A stretch of DNA of 64,000 nt from a virus (Duplodnaviria > Caudoviricetes), in the IMG/VR virus record IMGVR_UViG_3300047557_002741, positions 1-64,000 of that record; one strand, given 5' to 3'. The translations under genes and the position numbers were made by a program. The notes beneath the pieces are model-generated. The model saw nothing but the letters and a program-made list of their open reading frames with translations, was not told the DNA's origin and made no database searches. Shown here piece after piece: positions 28,300 to 38,262 of the stretch (the first letter of the stretch is position 1; every line of letters starts with the position of its first letter).

Positions 28300-30324
28300 T
28301 TATCCTACAACATTATAGATTGCTTTTACAACTAAAGTAGTCATATTATTTGGATCTTCAGATGAGAAAGATGGAACTTCTCCCTGATTAGGAGCAGCAG
28401 AAGAAGTTGGAACAGAAGTTTTAGGTGCTCCACCTCCAGTAGGAGTTGGTATAGGCACTATTGCAGATCTTGATGGAGGAGGAAGAATGGGTGCTGGAGG
28501 CGCTTTAGTTCCTAGTTTTGCTGCAGAAATAGCATCTTTTAATGCCTTATCATATTGCTCATAATTTCTGTAATCTTCTGGTTTTATAATTCTAGTTCCT
28601 GGAATTTGTGTTTTAATTCTTTGCGCTATAGCATCAGTAAAATCTCTCTCAGTATACCCACCGTAAGATGCTCCACTTGCTGCTGCTTGAGTAGTCCTAG
28701 GATCTGTCGATGAATTTGGTATCATTCTTCTTGAATGATCCATTCCAATAATTAAAGGAGCACCATCTAATGAATTTCTCAATCCATTTATAAATTCAGA
28801 CATATAATTACTATTTGCAAACCCCGAAGGGGTTTTATACTTATCAACTGCCTGCTTTAATGTCGAAAATTCAGCGAGTGCAGAAGGAGATCCAGAAGAG
28901 GTTGCAGTTTTTAATGATTTTAAATCTCTATTGACTGCAGTAGATCCTGTTCCAGGAAGTTTAGTTATTTTATTTTTTTGTGCAGATTGCGAAAGAATAG
29001 ATGCAAGTACATTCGCAAATTGACCTTGACCTATGATATGTGCTCCACCACGATAGGTACTCGTTTGAGCATCCATATGAGGAAATAAAGTTCCAACTCG
29101 ACCACCACCTTGCATTGCTTGAACACCTAATCCACCAAATTTTGGTTTATTAGTTCCGCCACCCATTGCATTCATAGCAAGTAATGTATCTCTACCCCAA
29201 AAATCACCTGCCTTATTACTCATCATTACCTCACCTTCTTGTGCGGCAATCAATCTATCATCTTTTCCAAACCCACTAACTTTAATACCTGATTTATTTG
29301 TTATCTTTCCGCCATTCATAAAGGATATATCACCAACATTTATAACTGGACCACCACCTTCTTGTTGTTGAACAGGAAAAGGTGTTGGTATTTGTGGAGG
29401 ACCAGAAATTGTTGGTATTTGAGGAGCAGTAATCTGTTTTGCTCCAGGTATTAATCCGATTGCATTATTAATTTGACCTATTAACCCACTAATTCCAGCA
29501 TTAATTCCATTTATAACAAAATTAATTGGAGACACCACCATATTCCAAAGAAATGATATAATATTATTGAGAAATCCAACGATATTATTGGCAAGACTCT
29601 TTAGTGGATTTAGTATAATTCCAGGATTTTTAAAAACAGATAATAAAAAATTCAAAGCAGAACCAATCAATATTGACATAAAAAATTGTTTGATTCTATC
29701 AAAAAAACTTACAAAAGGTTTTGCTACTTTTTCAAAAATTTTATTCGCTCCTTTAACACCAGTTTCAAGTCTAGATTCTTTTTTTCTTTTTTTATCTATT
29801 TCACTTTTCTTTCTTTGCCTTTCTTTTTCTTTCTTTTCAATATTATCTTCTTCTTTAATAGTTGATAGTAATTTTTCTAATTTATCATTAACATCTGTTA
29901 GTTCTTTTATTAAATCTTCATTCAAAAACTTAACAATTTTATTATTTAATTCAGTCTTTTCTTCTGGTTGTTCTACGCTTGGTGGAAGTAATTTTTTAGA
30001 ATCAAGTTTAACTTTTTGTGATGAAGGTGCTTGGCGATTCATCACTTTCGCAATATTAATTTTCTTTGGTTTTATTTTAAAGGCACCTGTTTTTCCCTTT
30101 ACTCTTTTATATTCATTTGTAATTAATTCAACGCTTTCGGTAGTCATTTTACTACCGGACATTCTACCTTTAATTGATGCCTCTTTTAATTCACTAGCAT
30201 ATTCTTCATACGTTAAATCAAATACATCTTCCAATCCTAAAATTGAAAGAATTTGAGAGTTTATTTCTTCTTCTACTAAATCGGAAGGTTTTTTTGGAGA
30301 AGGAGCAAGTGCATCAACCGCCAT
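28300..30324 (-). CDS. Tape-measure/hub-like protein with possible amidase-like C-terminal region
   Basis: Coiled coils, amphipathic repeats, GG.I..SG..V.G.G.D..L...GEVMM; C-terminal IGMDH...GAS.GGYTERD. Confidence 0.6.
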   Translation of the reverse strand: MAVDALAPSPKKPSDLVEEEINSQILSILGLEDVFDLTYEEYASELKEASIKGRMSGSKMTTESVELITNEYKRVKGKTGAFKIKPKKINIAKVMNRQAPSSQKVKLDSKKLLPPSVEQPEEKTELNNKIVKFLNEDLIKELTDVNDKLEKLLSTIKEEDNIEKKEKERQRKKSEIDKKRKKESRLETGVKGANKIFEKVAKPFVSFFDRIKQFFMSILIGSALNFLLSVFKNPGIILNPLKSLANNIVGFLNNIISFLWNMVVSPINFVINGINAGISGLIGQINNAIGLIPGAKQITAPQIPTISGPPQIPTPFPVQQQEGGGPVINVGDISFMNGGKITNKSGIKVSGFGKDDRLIAAQEGEVMMSNKAGDFWGRDTLLAMNAMGGGTNKPKFGGLGVQAMQGGGRVGTLFPHMDAQTSTYRGGAHIIGQGQFANVLASILSQSAQKNKITKLPGTGSTAVNRDLKSLKTATSSGSPSALAEFSTLKQAVDKYKTPSGFANSNYMSEFINGLRNSLDGAPLIIGMDHSRRMIPNSSTDPRTTQAAASGASYGGYTERDFTDAIAQRIKTQIPGTRIIKPEDYRNYEQYDKALKDAISAAKLGTKAPPAPILPPPSRSAIVPIPTPTGGGAPKTSVPTSSAAPNQGEVPSFSSEDPNNMTTLVVKAIYNVVG

Positions 30325-30490
30325 TTTGTTGTTGTTTTAGTTTTTCTTCTTCCAGATGTTGTTGTAATAATGCAATATAAATGTCCCTTTCCCAAGGAAT
30401 CATATTTTCAATCTCTGTTAATGAATATTTATGGTACTGCATCAAAGCAAAATTGATTCGGAAATAATTTTCCAAATCCATATGTACCAT
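30314..30490 (-). CDS. gp51: Baseplate hub assembly catalyst gp51
   Basis: Read manually: MDLENYFRINFALMQYHKYSLTEIENMIPWERDIY..LL; missing from the ORF track. Confidence 0.88.
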   Translation of the reverse strand: MVHMDLENYFRINFALMQYHKYSLTEIENMIPWERDIYIALLQQHLEEEKLKQQQNGG

Positions 30491-30492
30491 TC

Positions 30493-31212
30493 CTATGCGA
30501 AAAAACTAGAAAGACCCTCCAAAACGACAGTGCTCTCTACATTAGTTTTTGGATTTTTGAGTGTGATTTCATGTGATAGTTTGGGCATCGTTTCAAAAAA
30601 CTTTTCAATTTGTTTGAACTGCATACTGTTCATTTGCTCTAGAAATTCTACCAATTCTTTTTTAGTTACATCCGATGCCGCCCAAACTTCTTCTTCATTA
30701 TAAATTTTATCAATACAAGATGAAATCAAACTAAACGATTGGTCCATATTTGTTTGATTAGACAAATCAAAATTAGTCTTAATAAATTGATCTAATGAAG
30801 GATATTTCATTTCCATTATTAGATGTTCATCAAGTTTAATTTTTTTATTATGCTCTGGATCTTTCTTTATCTTAATATCATCAATATTAATATCAACAGG
30901 AACTGAAGTTTCTCCATCATCAGGAGCAATTAAATTAACTTCTATTTTTTCGCCAACAGATTTACCACGAATATTAAGAAACAAAAATTCGATATCAAAA
31001 GTAGGAAGATTTTCTACTTTAATAGATCTTGTTTGAATGCAATTTTTTAATACTGCTTTAATTGCGTTTGAAATTTCTTTTGTGTCCTCACTCTCTAATG
31101 CTAACAAAAGAAGTTTTTCTTCTTTAACTAAAAATGGTCTGTACTTTATTTTCTGTCCAGTTGAAGGCAACTCAAGTTCATAAGTTGGGGTTGCAATTGT
31201 AGGTAAGGGCAT
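30493..31212 (-). CDS. gp26: Baseplate hub subunit gp26
   Basis: MPLP.I.TPTYELELPS.G..IKYRPFLVKEEK...FDIEFLFL.IRGKSVGE. Confidence 0.92.
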   Translation of the reverse strand: MPLPTIATPTYELELPSTGQKIKYRPFLVKEEKLLLLALESEDTKEISNAIKAVLKNCIQTRSIKVENLPTFDIEFLFLNIRGKSVGEKIEVNLIAPDDGETSVPVDINIDDIKIKKDPEHNKKIKLDEHLIMEMKYPSLDQFIKTNFDLSNQTNMDQSFSLISSCIDKIYNEEEVWAASDVTKKELVEFLEQMNSMQFKQIEKFFETMPKLSHEITLKNPKTNVESTVVLEGLSSFFA

Positions 31213-31241
31213 AATGTCCTATAGAATTTCAGTGTGATTAT

Positions 31242-32108
31242 TTAGTCCGGAAATAAACGTTCTCCAGCATAATTAGTTAATGCTCTTGTAGAACTTGCAT
31301 ATAATTCATCTCCTTCTAGTGCGCCACCAGAAAAAGCACCAGGAATATTTTGATTAATGGTATATGGATCTCCATCATATGCAGGTCCAAAACTTGTTCT
31401 GGCAGTATTTAATTCAGGAACTCCAGGTGCATTTGTATTAGATTTTATTTCTTTTGCTGGAAGAAACTTTCTTTCTCTAACATAACGAATATAAGAAAAT
31501 GAAACCGTACATTTTAATAACTGACTTTGATCATATGAAACAGGCATTGAAACCATGTTTATAGGAAATGCTCCAACAAAAGTATAATACATTACAGATC
31601 CAGCAAGATATAAATCTTTTTCAAATTTAGTTAGAAAAATATCAGTTTTGTATTCATTTGGATATATGACCCTATTATTTACATATGGACTTTTAAAATC
31701 TTGCCTATCCAACCCACTACTAAATCTCCTGCTTCCTTCACCCGAAATATAGTTCAACCATCCATCAAAAAACTCAATGACATTATAATTTCTATCAACA
31801 TAAAAAGTAAGATCCAAAGTATCATCATATATTCTTCTATAAGCCATCTTTTCAGTAACACCATGATAATCATTAGTTACTTCATGAGTTGCTAAAGAAG
31901 ATCCAGGTAAAGATGCCTCAGAACAAAGTAGTTGAATATTTGATATTATATCTCCAGAAATATCTCTACCAGAAAATTGAAGAAACTCTTTCAAATTTTC
32001 TGGTGGAGATATATCAACATGATATAATGAAGTTTGAGCAATATTAAGAACTCTAGATTTTATATCACTAACATTATAATGACGAGCGGGCGTTGGTGTT
32101 CCAGCCAT
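31242..32108 (-). CDS. Tail tube/tube-initiator protein (gp19/gp54-like)
   Basis: LLCSEASLPG...Y.R.YD..L.LTFYVD...F..AFP. Confidence 0.75.
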   Translation of the reverse strand: MAGTPTPARHYNVSDIKSRVLNIAQTSLYHVDISPPENLKEFLQFSGRDISGDIISNIQLLCSEASLPGSSLATHEVTNDYHGVTEKMAYRRIYDDTLDLTFYVDRNYNVIEFFDGWLNYISGEGSRRFSSGLDRQDFKSPYVNNRVIYPNEYKTDIFLTKFEKDLYLAGSVMYYTFVGAFPINMVSMPVSYDQSQLLKCTVSFSYIRYVRERKFLPAKEIKSNTNAPGVPELNTARTSFGPAYDGDPYTINQNIPGAFSGGALEGDELYASSTRALTNYAGERLFPD

Positions 32109-32110
32109 CT

Positions 32111-32118
32111 ATAAATAC
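32111..32118 (+). promoter_or_regulatory. T4-type late promoter TATAAATA
   Basis: Exact motif upstream of gp4. Confidence 0.75.
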
Positions 32119-32150
32119 TTTTTGACCGTTATATATTATGTATGCTGGAA

Positions 32151-32597
32151 ATGGCAGAAAGTATTAAAAGTATCTACAAACCATCCTACCCAGAAAAGTA
32201 TAGAGGTGATGCAAATAATATAATTTGCAGAAGCAGTTGGGAAAGAAAATTTTGTTATTATTGTGACCATAATCCAAGCATTGTATCTTGGGCATCAGAA
32301 GAATTTTCTGTACCTTATGTATCTCCAGTAGATAACCGTGTTCATAGATATTTTCCAGATTATCTAATCAAAGTTAAAGAACAATCTGGACAAATTAAAA
32401 CTTATGTAATTGAAGTGAAACCAAAAAAACAAACCGTTCCACCAAAACAAAAATCAAGAGTGACTAAATCGTATCTTTATGAATGCAAAACTTATGCGGT
32501 AAATCAAGCAAAATGGAAAGCAGCAAAGGAATGGTGTGCGGATAGAATGCTAGAATTCAAAGTCATAACAGAAGAAGAACTTTTTAATAACCGATAA
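32151..32597 (+). CDS. gp4: Head completion nuclease gp4
   Basis: RSSWERKFC..CD.NP..WASEE..PY.SP.D..HRYFPD...EVKP...N.AKW.AA. Confidence 0.92.
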   Translation: MAESIKSIYKPSYPEKYRGDANNIICRSSWERKFCYYCDHNPSIVSWASEEFSVPYVSPVDNRVHRYFPDYLIKVKEQSGQIKTYVIEVKPKKQTVPPKQKSRVTKSYLYECKTYAVNQAKWKAAKEWCADRMLEFKVITEEELFNNR

Positions 32598-32989
32598 TGG
32601 CAGAAGGTTTTGGTCAGTATATAGAAAAATCATCTAACTCAAGGATTAGAGAACTCAAAAAGAGAGTTGTCGCATTAGGAAGTGGAGATCCTGAAGATAT
32701 AATGCTAATCATTATGGAAATCTTTAAGGATCAGGTATTCATTCCAGAAGTAGGAAAGTTTTATACGTTTGTTTATAATCCTAAAACACCCAATATTGAA
32801 TACGATCAACATCCGTTAATTGCTTGTACAGAAATTCAAAGTTGGGGATTTAGAGGAATTAATTTTCACTGGAGAAAATACAGAAACTATACTTGGCAAG
32901 AAGTAGCAGGAAGACTTCATGTAGTTAAATATGATGAATTAGATGAGTTACTTGAATTACAATATGGAAAATTCCTAATAAATAAATAA
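32597..32989 (+). CDS. DNA end-protector-like protein (gp2-like)
   Basis: GKFY.F.Y.PKT...YD..PL...GF.G.N.H. Confidence 0.7.
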   Translation: MAEGFGQYIEKSSNSRIRELKKRVVALGSGDPEDIMLIIMEIFKDQVFIPEVGKFYTFVYNPKTPNIEYDQHPLIACTEIQSWGFRGINFHWRKYRNYTWQEVAGRLHVVKYDELDELLELQYGKFLINK

Positions 32990-33065
32990 AAACCTCCTTA
33001 TCAATGTCTCATACTCTACAAACAATTGAGATTATTAATCCTTTTTCAAATAAGGAGGAAGTTTA

Positions 33066-34604
33066 ATGCCGGCAAGAGTCATAAATGGATCTGCAGATCC
33101 AAAATATAAATTTCCATACGTTTTTCCAGGAGGAGATCCTCTTTATTTTACTCATAGAATAACATTTGAAAATTTAGGATCACCGGGAACTATAAATCCA
33201 TCAACACTAAAGACTGAATTAGTTTTTGAAAAACCAGGAAAAAATTTTGTACAATCTGCAATACTAGAACCAGATGGAATTTGGAGACCACTTAAAGAAA
33301 GTGAAGCAAGATACATTAATTTTGATGGATCTTTAGGTCCGGTATTTAAACCGGGTTCTAATGAATATGTTTTAGGGTATTCTGCAAGACAAAGTTTATC
33401 CGCAAAGGGATTAAATACATTAAACACTGCTGCCCGACAAAATGGAGCAATGGTTTTAGAAAAAGGTGGTGGTATAACAAGTCAACAAGCACTTCAAGCA
33501 TATCATATTGCACAAAGCACAGATCCAACAACATTTCAACAAATACCACCTGTTTTAACATCAACACAATCTACGATAGCAAGTCCTCCAGCAGCAACTC
33601 CTGCCGCGACAACAGCAACACCAGATCCGGAACCATCATCCACGCCACTTCCTGCACCTTTAGAAAACTTATTGGAAACTCAATTTGCTTCTGCAAATAC
33701 AAAAGATAAAAACTATGGTATTTTACGTTATCCAGTTAATCAATCTAGAGAAAGTACCTTTGATTATTTAAAAATAGACGTTGTAAAATACATATCATCT
33801 AAATTAATTCAAGATCAAAATCAAATTTCATTCACTAGACCATCAGAGAGATTGAGAGGAGTTGAATCTTTAGGTACAGTGATTTTACCAATGCAACCTA
33901 ATATTTCTGATAGTAATGGAGTTTCTTGGAATGAGGATCAATTAAATGCATTACAAGGTGCTTTTGGTGCAGTTGCATATAATACAATAGGAAAAGCAGG
34001 AAATATACAAGGAATGCAAGATGCTATAACAGGTTTAAAAGATCTTGCTAGTAGTTTAGGAACAACACTTGGAACTTTAGCAAATGATCCAGGAATATCA
34101 AATCTTATTGCTGGATATTTTGCAGGTCAAGCAGTTGGAGCAAATGTTATTGGAAGAGCAACGGGAGCAGTTATCAATAATAACTTAGAACTATTATTTC
34201 ATGGTCCAAAACTTAGGACTTTTAGATATAGTTATAAATTTACTCCAAGAGAGAAATCTGAAGCAGAAACAATTAAAAAAATTATAAGATTATTTAAAAG
34301 AGAAATGGCAACTTCTCAATCAGACACTGGATTATTTTTACAAACTCCAAATGTGTTTAAATTAAAATACATATACAATGGAGATAGAGGAGAAAATGGA
34401 GACCAACACCCCTATTTGAATTTAATTAAACCATGTGCGCTTACAAATTTTAGCGTAAATTATACTCCTGATGGAACTTATATGACTTATGCAAATGGAG
34501 GTTCAATGACTTCTTATCAAGTTGATATGGAATTTTCTGAGTTGGAACCAATTTATAAAAATGATTATGATGACACAGAAGGACAACAAGGAATGGGTTA
34601 CTAA
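33066..34604 (+). CDS. gp48: Baseplate tail-tube cap gp48
   Basis: LRYP...LPM..ISD.N.V.W; N.N.ELLF.GP.LR.F.Y.F.P...EA; C.L..VNYTPDG. Confidence 0.85.
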   Translation: MPARVINGSADPKYKFPYVFPGGDPLYFTHRITFENLGSPGTINPSTLKTELVFEKPGKNFVQSAILEPDGIWRPLKESEARYINFDGSLGPVFKPGSNEYVLGYSARQSLSAKGLNTLNTAARQNGAMVLEKGGGITSQQALQAYHIAQSTDPTTFQQIPPVLTSTQSTIASPPAATPAATTATPDPEPSSTPLPAPLENLLETQFASANTKDKNYGILRYPVNQSRESTFDYLKIDVVKYISSKLIQDQNQISFTRPSERLRGVESLGTVILPMQPNISDSNGVSWNEDQLNALQGAFGAVAYNTIGKAGNIQGMQDAITGLKDLASSLGTTLGTLANDPGISNLIAGYFAGQAVGANVIGRATGAVINNNLELLFHGPKLRTFRYSYKFTPREKSEAETIKKIIRLFKREMATSQSDTGLFLQTPNVFKLKYIYNGDRGENGDQHPYLNLIKPCALTNFSVNYTPDGTYMTYANGGSMTSYQVDMEFSELEPIYKNDYDDTEGQQGMGY

Positions 34605-34606
34605 AA

Positions 34607-35326
34607 ATGACAAGACCATATTTCAGGCAAATACCAAATTTTGAATACGTCAATCGTAATCCTGATAAGAACGATATATCAAATTATATTACAGTTAAAA
34701 ACTTATTCAAACGTGGAAAATTAAGAGAAGATATCTTTGGAAATTTATCGTTCTTCACCAAATATAAAATCATTGGAGACGAAAGACCAGATAATGTTGC
34801 GTATAAAATTTATGGAGATGAAACTCTTGATTGGGTAGTTCTTCTTTCAAATAATATTACGAATATTCAAACTGAATGGCCATTAAATCAAAATTCTTTT
34901 GATAGAATTCTTTTAGAAAAATACGGTTCATATGAAACTTTATATTCTGATATTCATCATTACGAAACCGTAGAAGTTAAAACATCATCAGGAGCAACAA
35001 TTTTACCTGGCGGTTTAGAGATTTCAAATACGTGGGAAACCAACGGAAACTTTATTAAAGATAACAATTCATACTATTATCAGTATTATGATGATGGATT
35101 TGGACAATACATAACACTTACATCAACGGAAATACTCACTCCAATCACAAATTATGAGTATGAAGAAAAAAAAGAAAATGATAAAAGAAATATCTACGTT
35201 CTAAAACCAAGATATCTCAATGTTGTATTTAATGACCTTGAAGATATTATGCCATATAAAAAAGGTTCCACTCAATACGTAAGTGAAACCTTGAAGAAAG
35301 CAGATAATATCAAACTTTACGAGTGA
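34607..35326 (+). CDS. gp53: Baseplate wedge subunit gp53
   Basis: YF...P..Y...KNLF.R...RPD.VA..YG...DWVVLL.N...WP; HHYET. Confidence 0.9.
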   Translation: MTRPYFRQIPNFEYVNRNPDKNDISNYITVKNLFKRGKLREDIFGNLSFFTKYKIIGDERPDNVAYKIYGDETLDWVVLLSNNITNIQTEWPLNQNSFDRILLEKYGSYETLYSDIHHYETVEVKTSSGATILPGGLEISNTWETNGNFIKDNNSYYYQYYDDGFGQYITLTSTEILTPITNYEYEEKKENDKRNIYVLKPRYLNVVFNDLEDIMPYKKGSTQYVSETLKKADNIKLYE

Positions 35327-36274
35327 TCAATCTTCAGCAAGACGCTGGAAATATGAAAGTGCATCATCCTCATCTTCATCATCCTGAGTGATTTTAGGAA
35401 GTGAAGGAGACTTAGAACGAGCATAAGATTGCTCCAGTTCATCAGCAACACGACTCTCAACAGAAGGTTTTTCTACATAAGACTCATACTCATCCTCTTC
35501 TTCCATTACAGCACGAGAACGTGTAGGAGAGGAAGTTTGAAGACCCAGAACAACGTTCATACGTGCTTCCAGTTCTTCATAGGATTTAAACTGATCTGGT
35601 GCAGTTACTGCTGCCAGAGAATACTCTTTCTTCCAGACGGCTTCCAGAGCATCGTCATCATCCAGTAGTGATTCAACAGAACCAAATTCTGACTTGTCGT
35701 AATTCCAGTACCCATCTTTCTTAACGATTTTGAGTTTGAAATTCGCACCCTGCCAGAAATCAAAAGGATTGATAGGAGTTTCATCCTCAAACTCAGGTTG
35801 CATTGCTTCCATGATTTTGTCAAAAATCTTCTTGCCATACTTGAAAAGGAAGACTTTACCTTCGTTTTGAGGATTGGTAGGGTCTTTTACAACATAAATG
35901 TTGCTATAGTAAGACAGTTTACGCTTTTGCTTACGAACAGTTTCTTTATCCTTGTCGCTACCACTGTTCCACAGTTTGCGATTATATTCAGAAACAGGAT
36001 CTTTCTGACCAAGAGTAGTCAAAGAGTTTTCAATATACCAACCACCAGGACCTTGGAAACCATGAGAATAAATCTTTGCCCAGGGAACATCTTCACCTTC
36101 GGGAGCAGGAAGGAAACGAATCACTGCAAAACCGTTTCCAGTTTTATCAAGTTCGGGTTTCCAGAGACGATCATCTTCACCACCACTGGTGGCACTCATT
36201 TTTTCGACTTCTTTGACCAGTTTAGCGGTCAGAGAACCAAGTTTGGATTGTTTTTTAAGATCTGAAAAAGACAT
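35327..36274 (-). CDS. gp32: Single-stranded DNA-binding protein gp32
   Basis: DDRLWKP..DK.GNG.AVIRFLP...WYIENSLTT; acidic C-terminal tail. Confidence 0.96.
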   Translation of the reverse strand: MSFSDLKKQSKLGSLTAKLVKEVEKMSATSGGEDDRLWKPELDKTGNGFAVIRFLPAPEGEDVPWAKIYSHGFQGPGGWYIENSLTTLGQKDPVSEYNRKLWNSGSDKDKETVRKQKRKLSYYSNIYVVKDPTNPQNEGKVFLFKYGKKIFDKIMEAMQPEFEDETPINPFDFWQGANFKLKIVKKDGYWNYDKSEFGSVESLLDDDDALEAVWKKEYSLAAVTAPDQFKSYEELEARMNVVLGLQTSSPTRSRAVMEEEDEYESYVEKPSVESRVADELEQSYARSKSPSLPKITQDDEDEDDALSYFQRLAED

Positions 36275-36338
36275 TAGATTTCTCCGTATGAATTGGATTT
36301 GGCTTTTGGGACTTTGCTTAAGGGATCGTCCAGCCCAT

Positions 36339-36367
36339 ATTGTATCAGTCTAAGTCGTGCTTGTCAA
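36339..36367 (-). promoter_or_regulatory. Sigma70-type promoter of gene 32
   Basis: TTGACA-N17-TACAAT. Confidence 0.8.
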
Positions 36368-36686
36368 TCTGTTCCTTCATCACTTCAAGCATCTTAGACA
36401 TATTGTTAAGGATAATATTCATATCAGTGTTAGGAGGCATACCCATCATTATCGCAGATTGAACAATACGATCTTTCATTTGTCGTGCTTCAGGATCATC
36501 AGATAAACACATTCTTGTATAAAGAACTTTCTGCTTTTCTAAAAGACGTTCTAAAAGATCAATATGATTCAGTCTTTCTTCTTTAGTCATAGAAGGAAAC
36601 TTGAAGATGTTTGAATAAACTTCTTCCTGCATTTCTGAGATTTCAACCATCTCAGCACGAACAACTTCTGAACTAAAGAAACTCAT
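36345..36686 (-). CDS. Conserved cyanophage protein (DUF1825-like)
   Basis: MSFFSSEVVRAE...LLEKQ...R..LSDDPEA. Confidence 0.7.
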   Translation of the reverse strand: MSFFSSEVVRAEMVEISEMQEEVYSNIFKFPSMTKEERLNHIDLLERLLEKQKVLYTRMCLSDDPEARQMKDRIVQSAIMMGMPPNTDMNIILNNMSKMLEVMKEQIDKHDLD

Positions 36687-37279
36687 GAATCCTCCAAAAC
36701 GATTTCTTTTAAAATTTTACGAAATCGAAATATATCAATATTTAGAAATGGATTATATTTTTTAACTCTAAGACTGACGGTTTTCCACACGGGGTCTTGA
36801 AGTTTTTTATCAAAATTACTTGAATAGGAAAAGATCTTATCATAGATGACAAGAGTTTCTAAACTTATTTTGCCTGTTAGAAACTTTTTAAGGAGAAGTG
36901 GATGCCCTTTTGAACAGTTAAAAACTTCTTGAAATTTATTTTCTTCAAACAAAGATTGACTTTCTTCTTTAAAGACATATGAAAGTGATTGAATTTTCTT
37001 TTGCCAGTTTTGATACCTAGTTTCTCCTTCTTTAATCATTTCACCAATCCAAAGAGTTTCTGGATCATTACAGGATACAAAATTTGCTACAAAAAAATCT
37101 ACAACTTCTTGATCTGATTTTTGCCTTGAAACTTTTTCAAACCACATTCTATCCTTCCGTTTGTAGAAAGATTGAAGACTTGCTCGACTTTTTCCACAAT
37201 ATTTAAAGTAATCATATCCGTCTTTAGTAAAATGATTTTTTAAAGACAGATAAGTTTTATAAGAATCAAAAGGCATCAT
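36683..37279 (-). CDS. gp59: Helicase loader gp59
   Basis: YLSLKNHF...YDY.KY.G...F.KR.D..F. Confidence 0.88.
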   Translation of the reverse strand: MMPFDSYKTYLSLKNHFTKDGYDYFKYCGKSRASLQSFYKRKDRMWFEKVSRQKSDQEVVDFFVANFVSCNDPETLWIGEMIKEGETRYQNWQKKIQSLSYVFKEESQSLFEENKFQEVFNCSKGHPLLLKKFLTGKISLETLVIYDKIFSYSSNFDKKLQDPVWKTVSLRVKKYNPFLNIDIFRFRKILKEIVLEDS

Positions 37280-37281
37280 TC

Positions 37282-37334
37282 AAAAAAGTAATATAGGAAA
37301 TTTTTACCGGGAAAATTTTTGCACCAAAAATGAA
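37282..37334. repeat. Dispersed intergenic element, copy 2
   Basis: aaaaaagta-N-aatttttaccgggaaaattttt-accaaaaatgaa; matches 18201-18253. Confidence 0.7.
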
Positions 37335-37592
37335 TCAAAGAGGCAATTTTGCACGAGAACTTCTTTTTAAGAAATTAAGTTCTATTGCCTCATACTTAAT
37401 TTTTTCTTTCAGTGGTTTTGAAATGAGTTTTGGAACTGATTCCAAATCAATATTATTTTGTTCACAAAAATAAACAATTGCATCAATATAATTCATTTCA
37501 ACATTCACTTGCACAAGATTTTCAATTTCTTGTGCAAATCGTGATGGACAGAAAAATTTACTTTCTAGTACTTTCTCTAACTCATTCTCCAT
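37335..37592 (-). CDS. gp33: Late transcription coactivator gp33
   Basis: F..EIE.LV...YIDAI..FCE..I...LISKPLKEKI..EA..LNFL. Confidence 0.9.
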   Translation of the reverse strand: MENELEKVLESKFFCPSRFAQEIENLVQVNVEMNYIDAIVYFCEQNNIDLESVPKLISKPLKEKIKYEAIELNFLKRSSRAKLPL

Positions 37593-38262
37593 CTGGCCTA
37601 GTACGGTGAGATACAAATTCTTTAATATAACGAACTAGTAATCTAATATACTCGTCTTTGTTTCTTTTGTCAAATACTTTCACTTCTCCACCAGGAGTTA
37701 CCATCAATGTAATGAGTTTTTTGATTGGTTTACCAGTCATTTCATAATAAGCAGATGCATAAAACATCTCCTGAACGAAATAATTTTCAATCCATGCTTC
37801 TGGTTTGATTTTATCCGAAGTTTTGAAGTCGATAACCGCAAGTTCTCCTTCATATTCAGCAATACAATCAACTCGTCCAGCAAGTCCAAAATATTGAGAA
37901 TATAAAGTTCTTTCAATCGCATGAATATTATTTATCTTATCAAGTTCAGGTTTTACATGATAAAACATATGTTTTGTAAGAGGTTGATAATTATCCCAAA
38001 TTAACTCTTTATTCTCTAGATAATCTTGACAGACTAAGTGAAAATCAGTTCCTCTTGCAGTTGCTCTTTTAGTAATACGATTTGCTTCTTCAAGTCCAAC
38101 TCTTTTACGCCAATCAATAAAAATTTGACGATTGTAAAATGAAGTGACTGATGTAATAGAAGGCACCCACTGCCCATCAGGAAGATGATAGAGACGGATG
38201 CCGTTTGTTTCTTTCTTTTCTAATTCAATATCACCTAGAAAATTATGATGAATAAATGTCAT
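37582..38262 (-). CDS. PD-(D/E)XK exonuclease
   Basis: PSITSV...RGT.FH...E..L...AGRVD.I...IDFKT...Q..Y. Confidence 0.85.
   Translation of the reverse strand: MTFIHHNFLGDIELEKKETNGIRLYHLPDGQWVPSITSVTSFYNRQIFIDWRKRVGLEEANRITKRATARGTDFHLVCQDYLENKELIWDNYQPLTKHMFYHVKPELDKINNIHAIERTLYSQYFGLAGRVDCIAEYEGELAVIDFKTSDKIKPEAWIENYFVQEMFYASAYYEMTGKPIKKLITLMVTPGGEVKVFDKRNKDEYIRLLVRYIKEFVSHRTRPDGE

Noticed and set aside
37582-38262. Cas4-like nuclease as part of a CRISPR system
   Set aside because: It is the usual T4-like cyanophage exonuclease beside phoH and gp33; no array or other cas genes in the window
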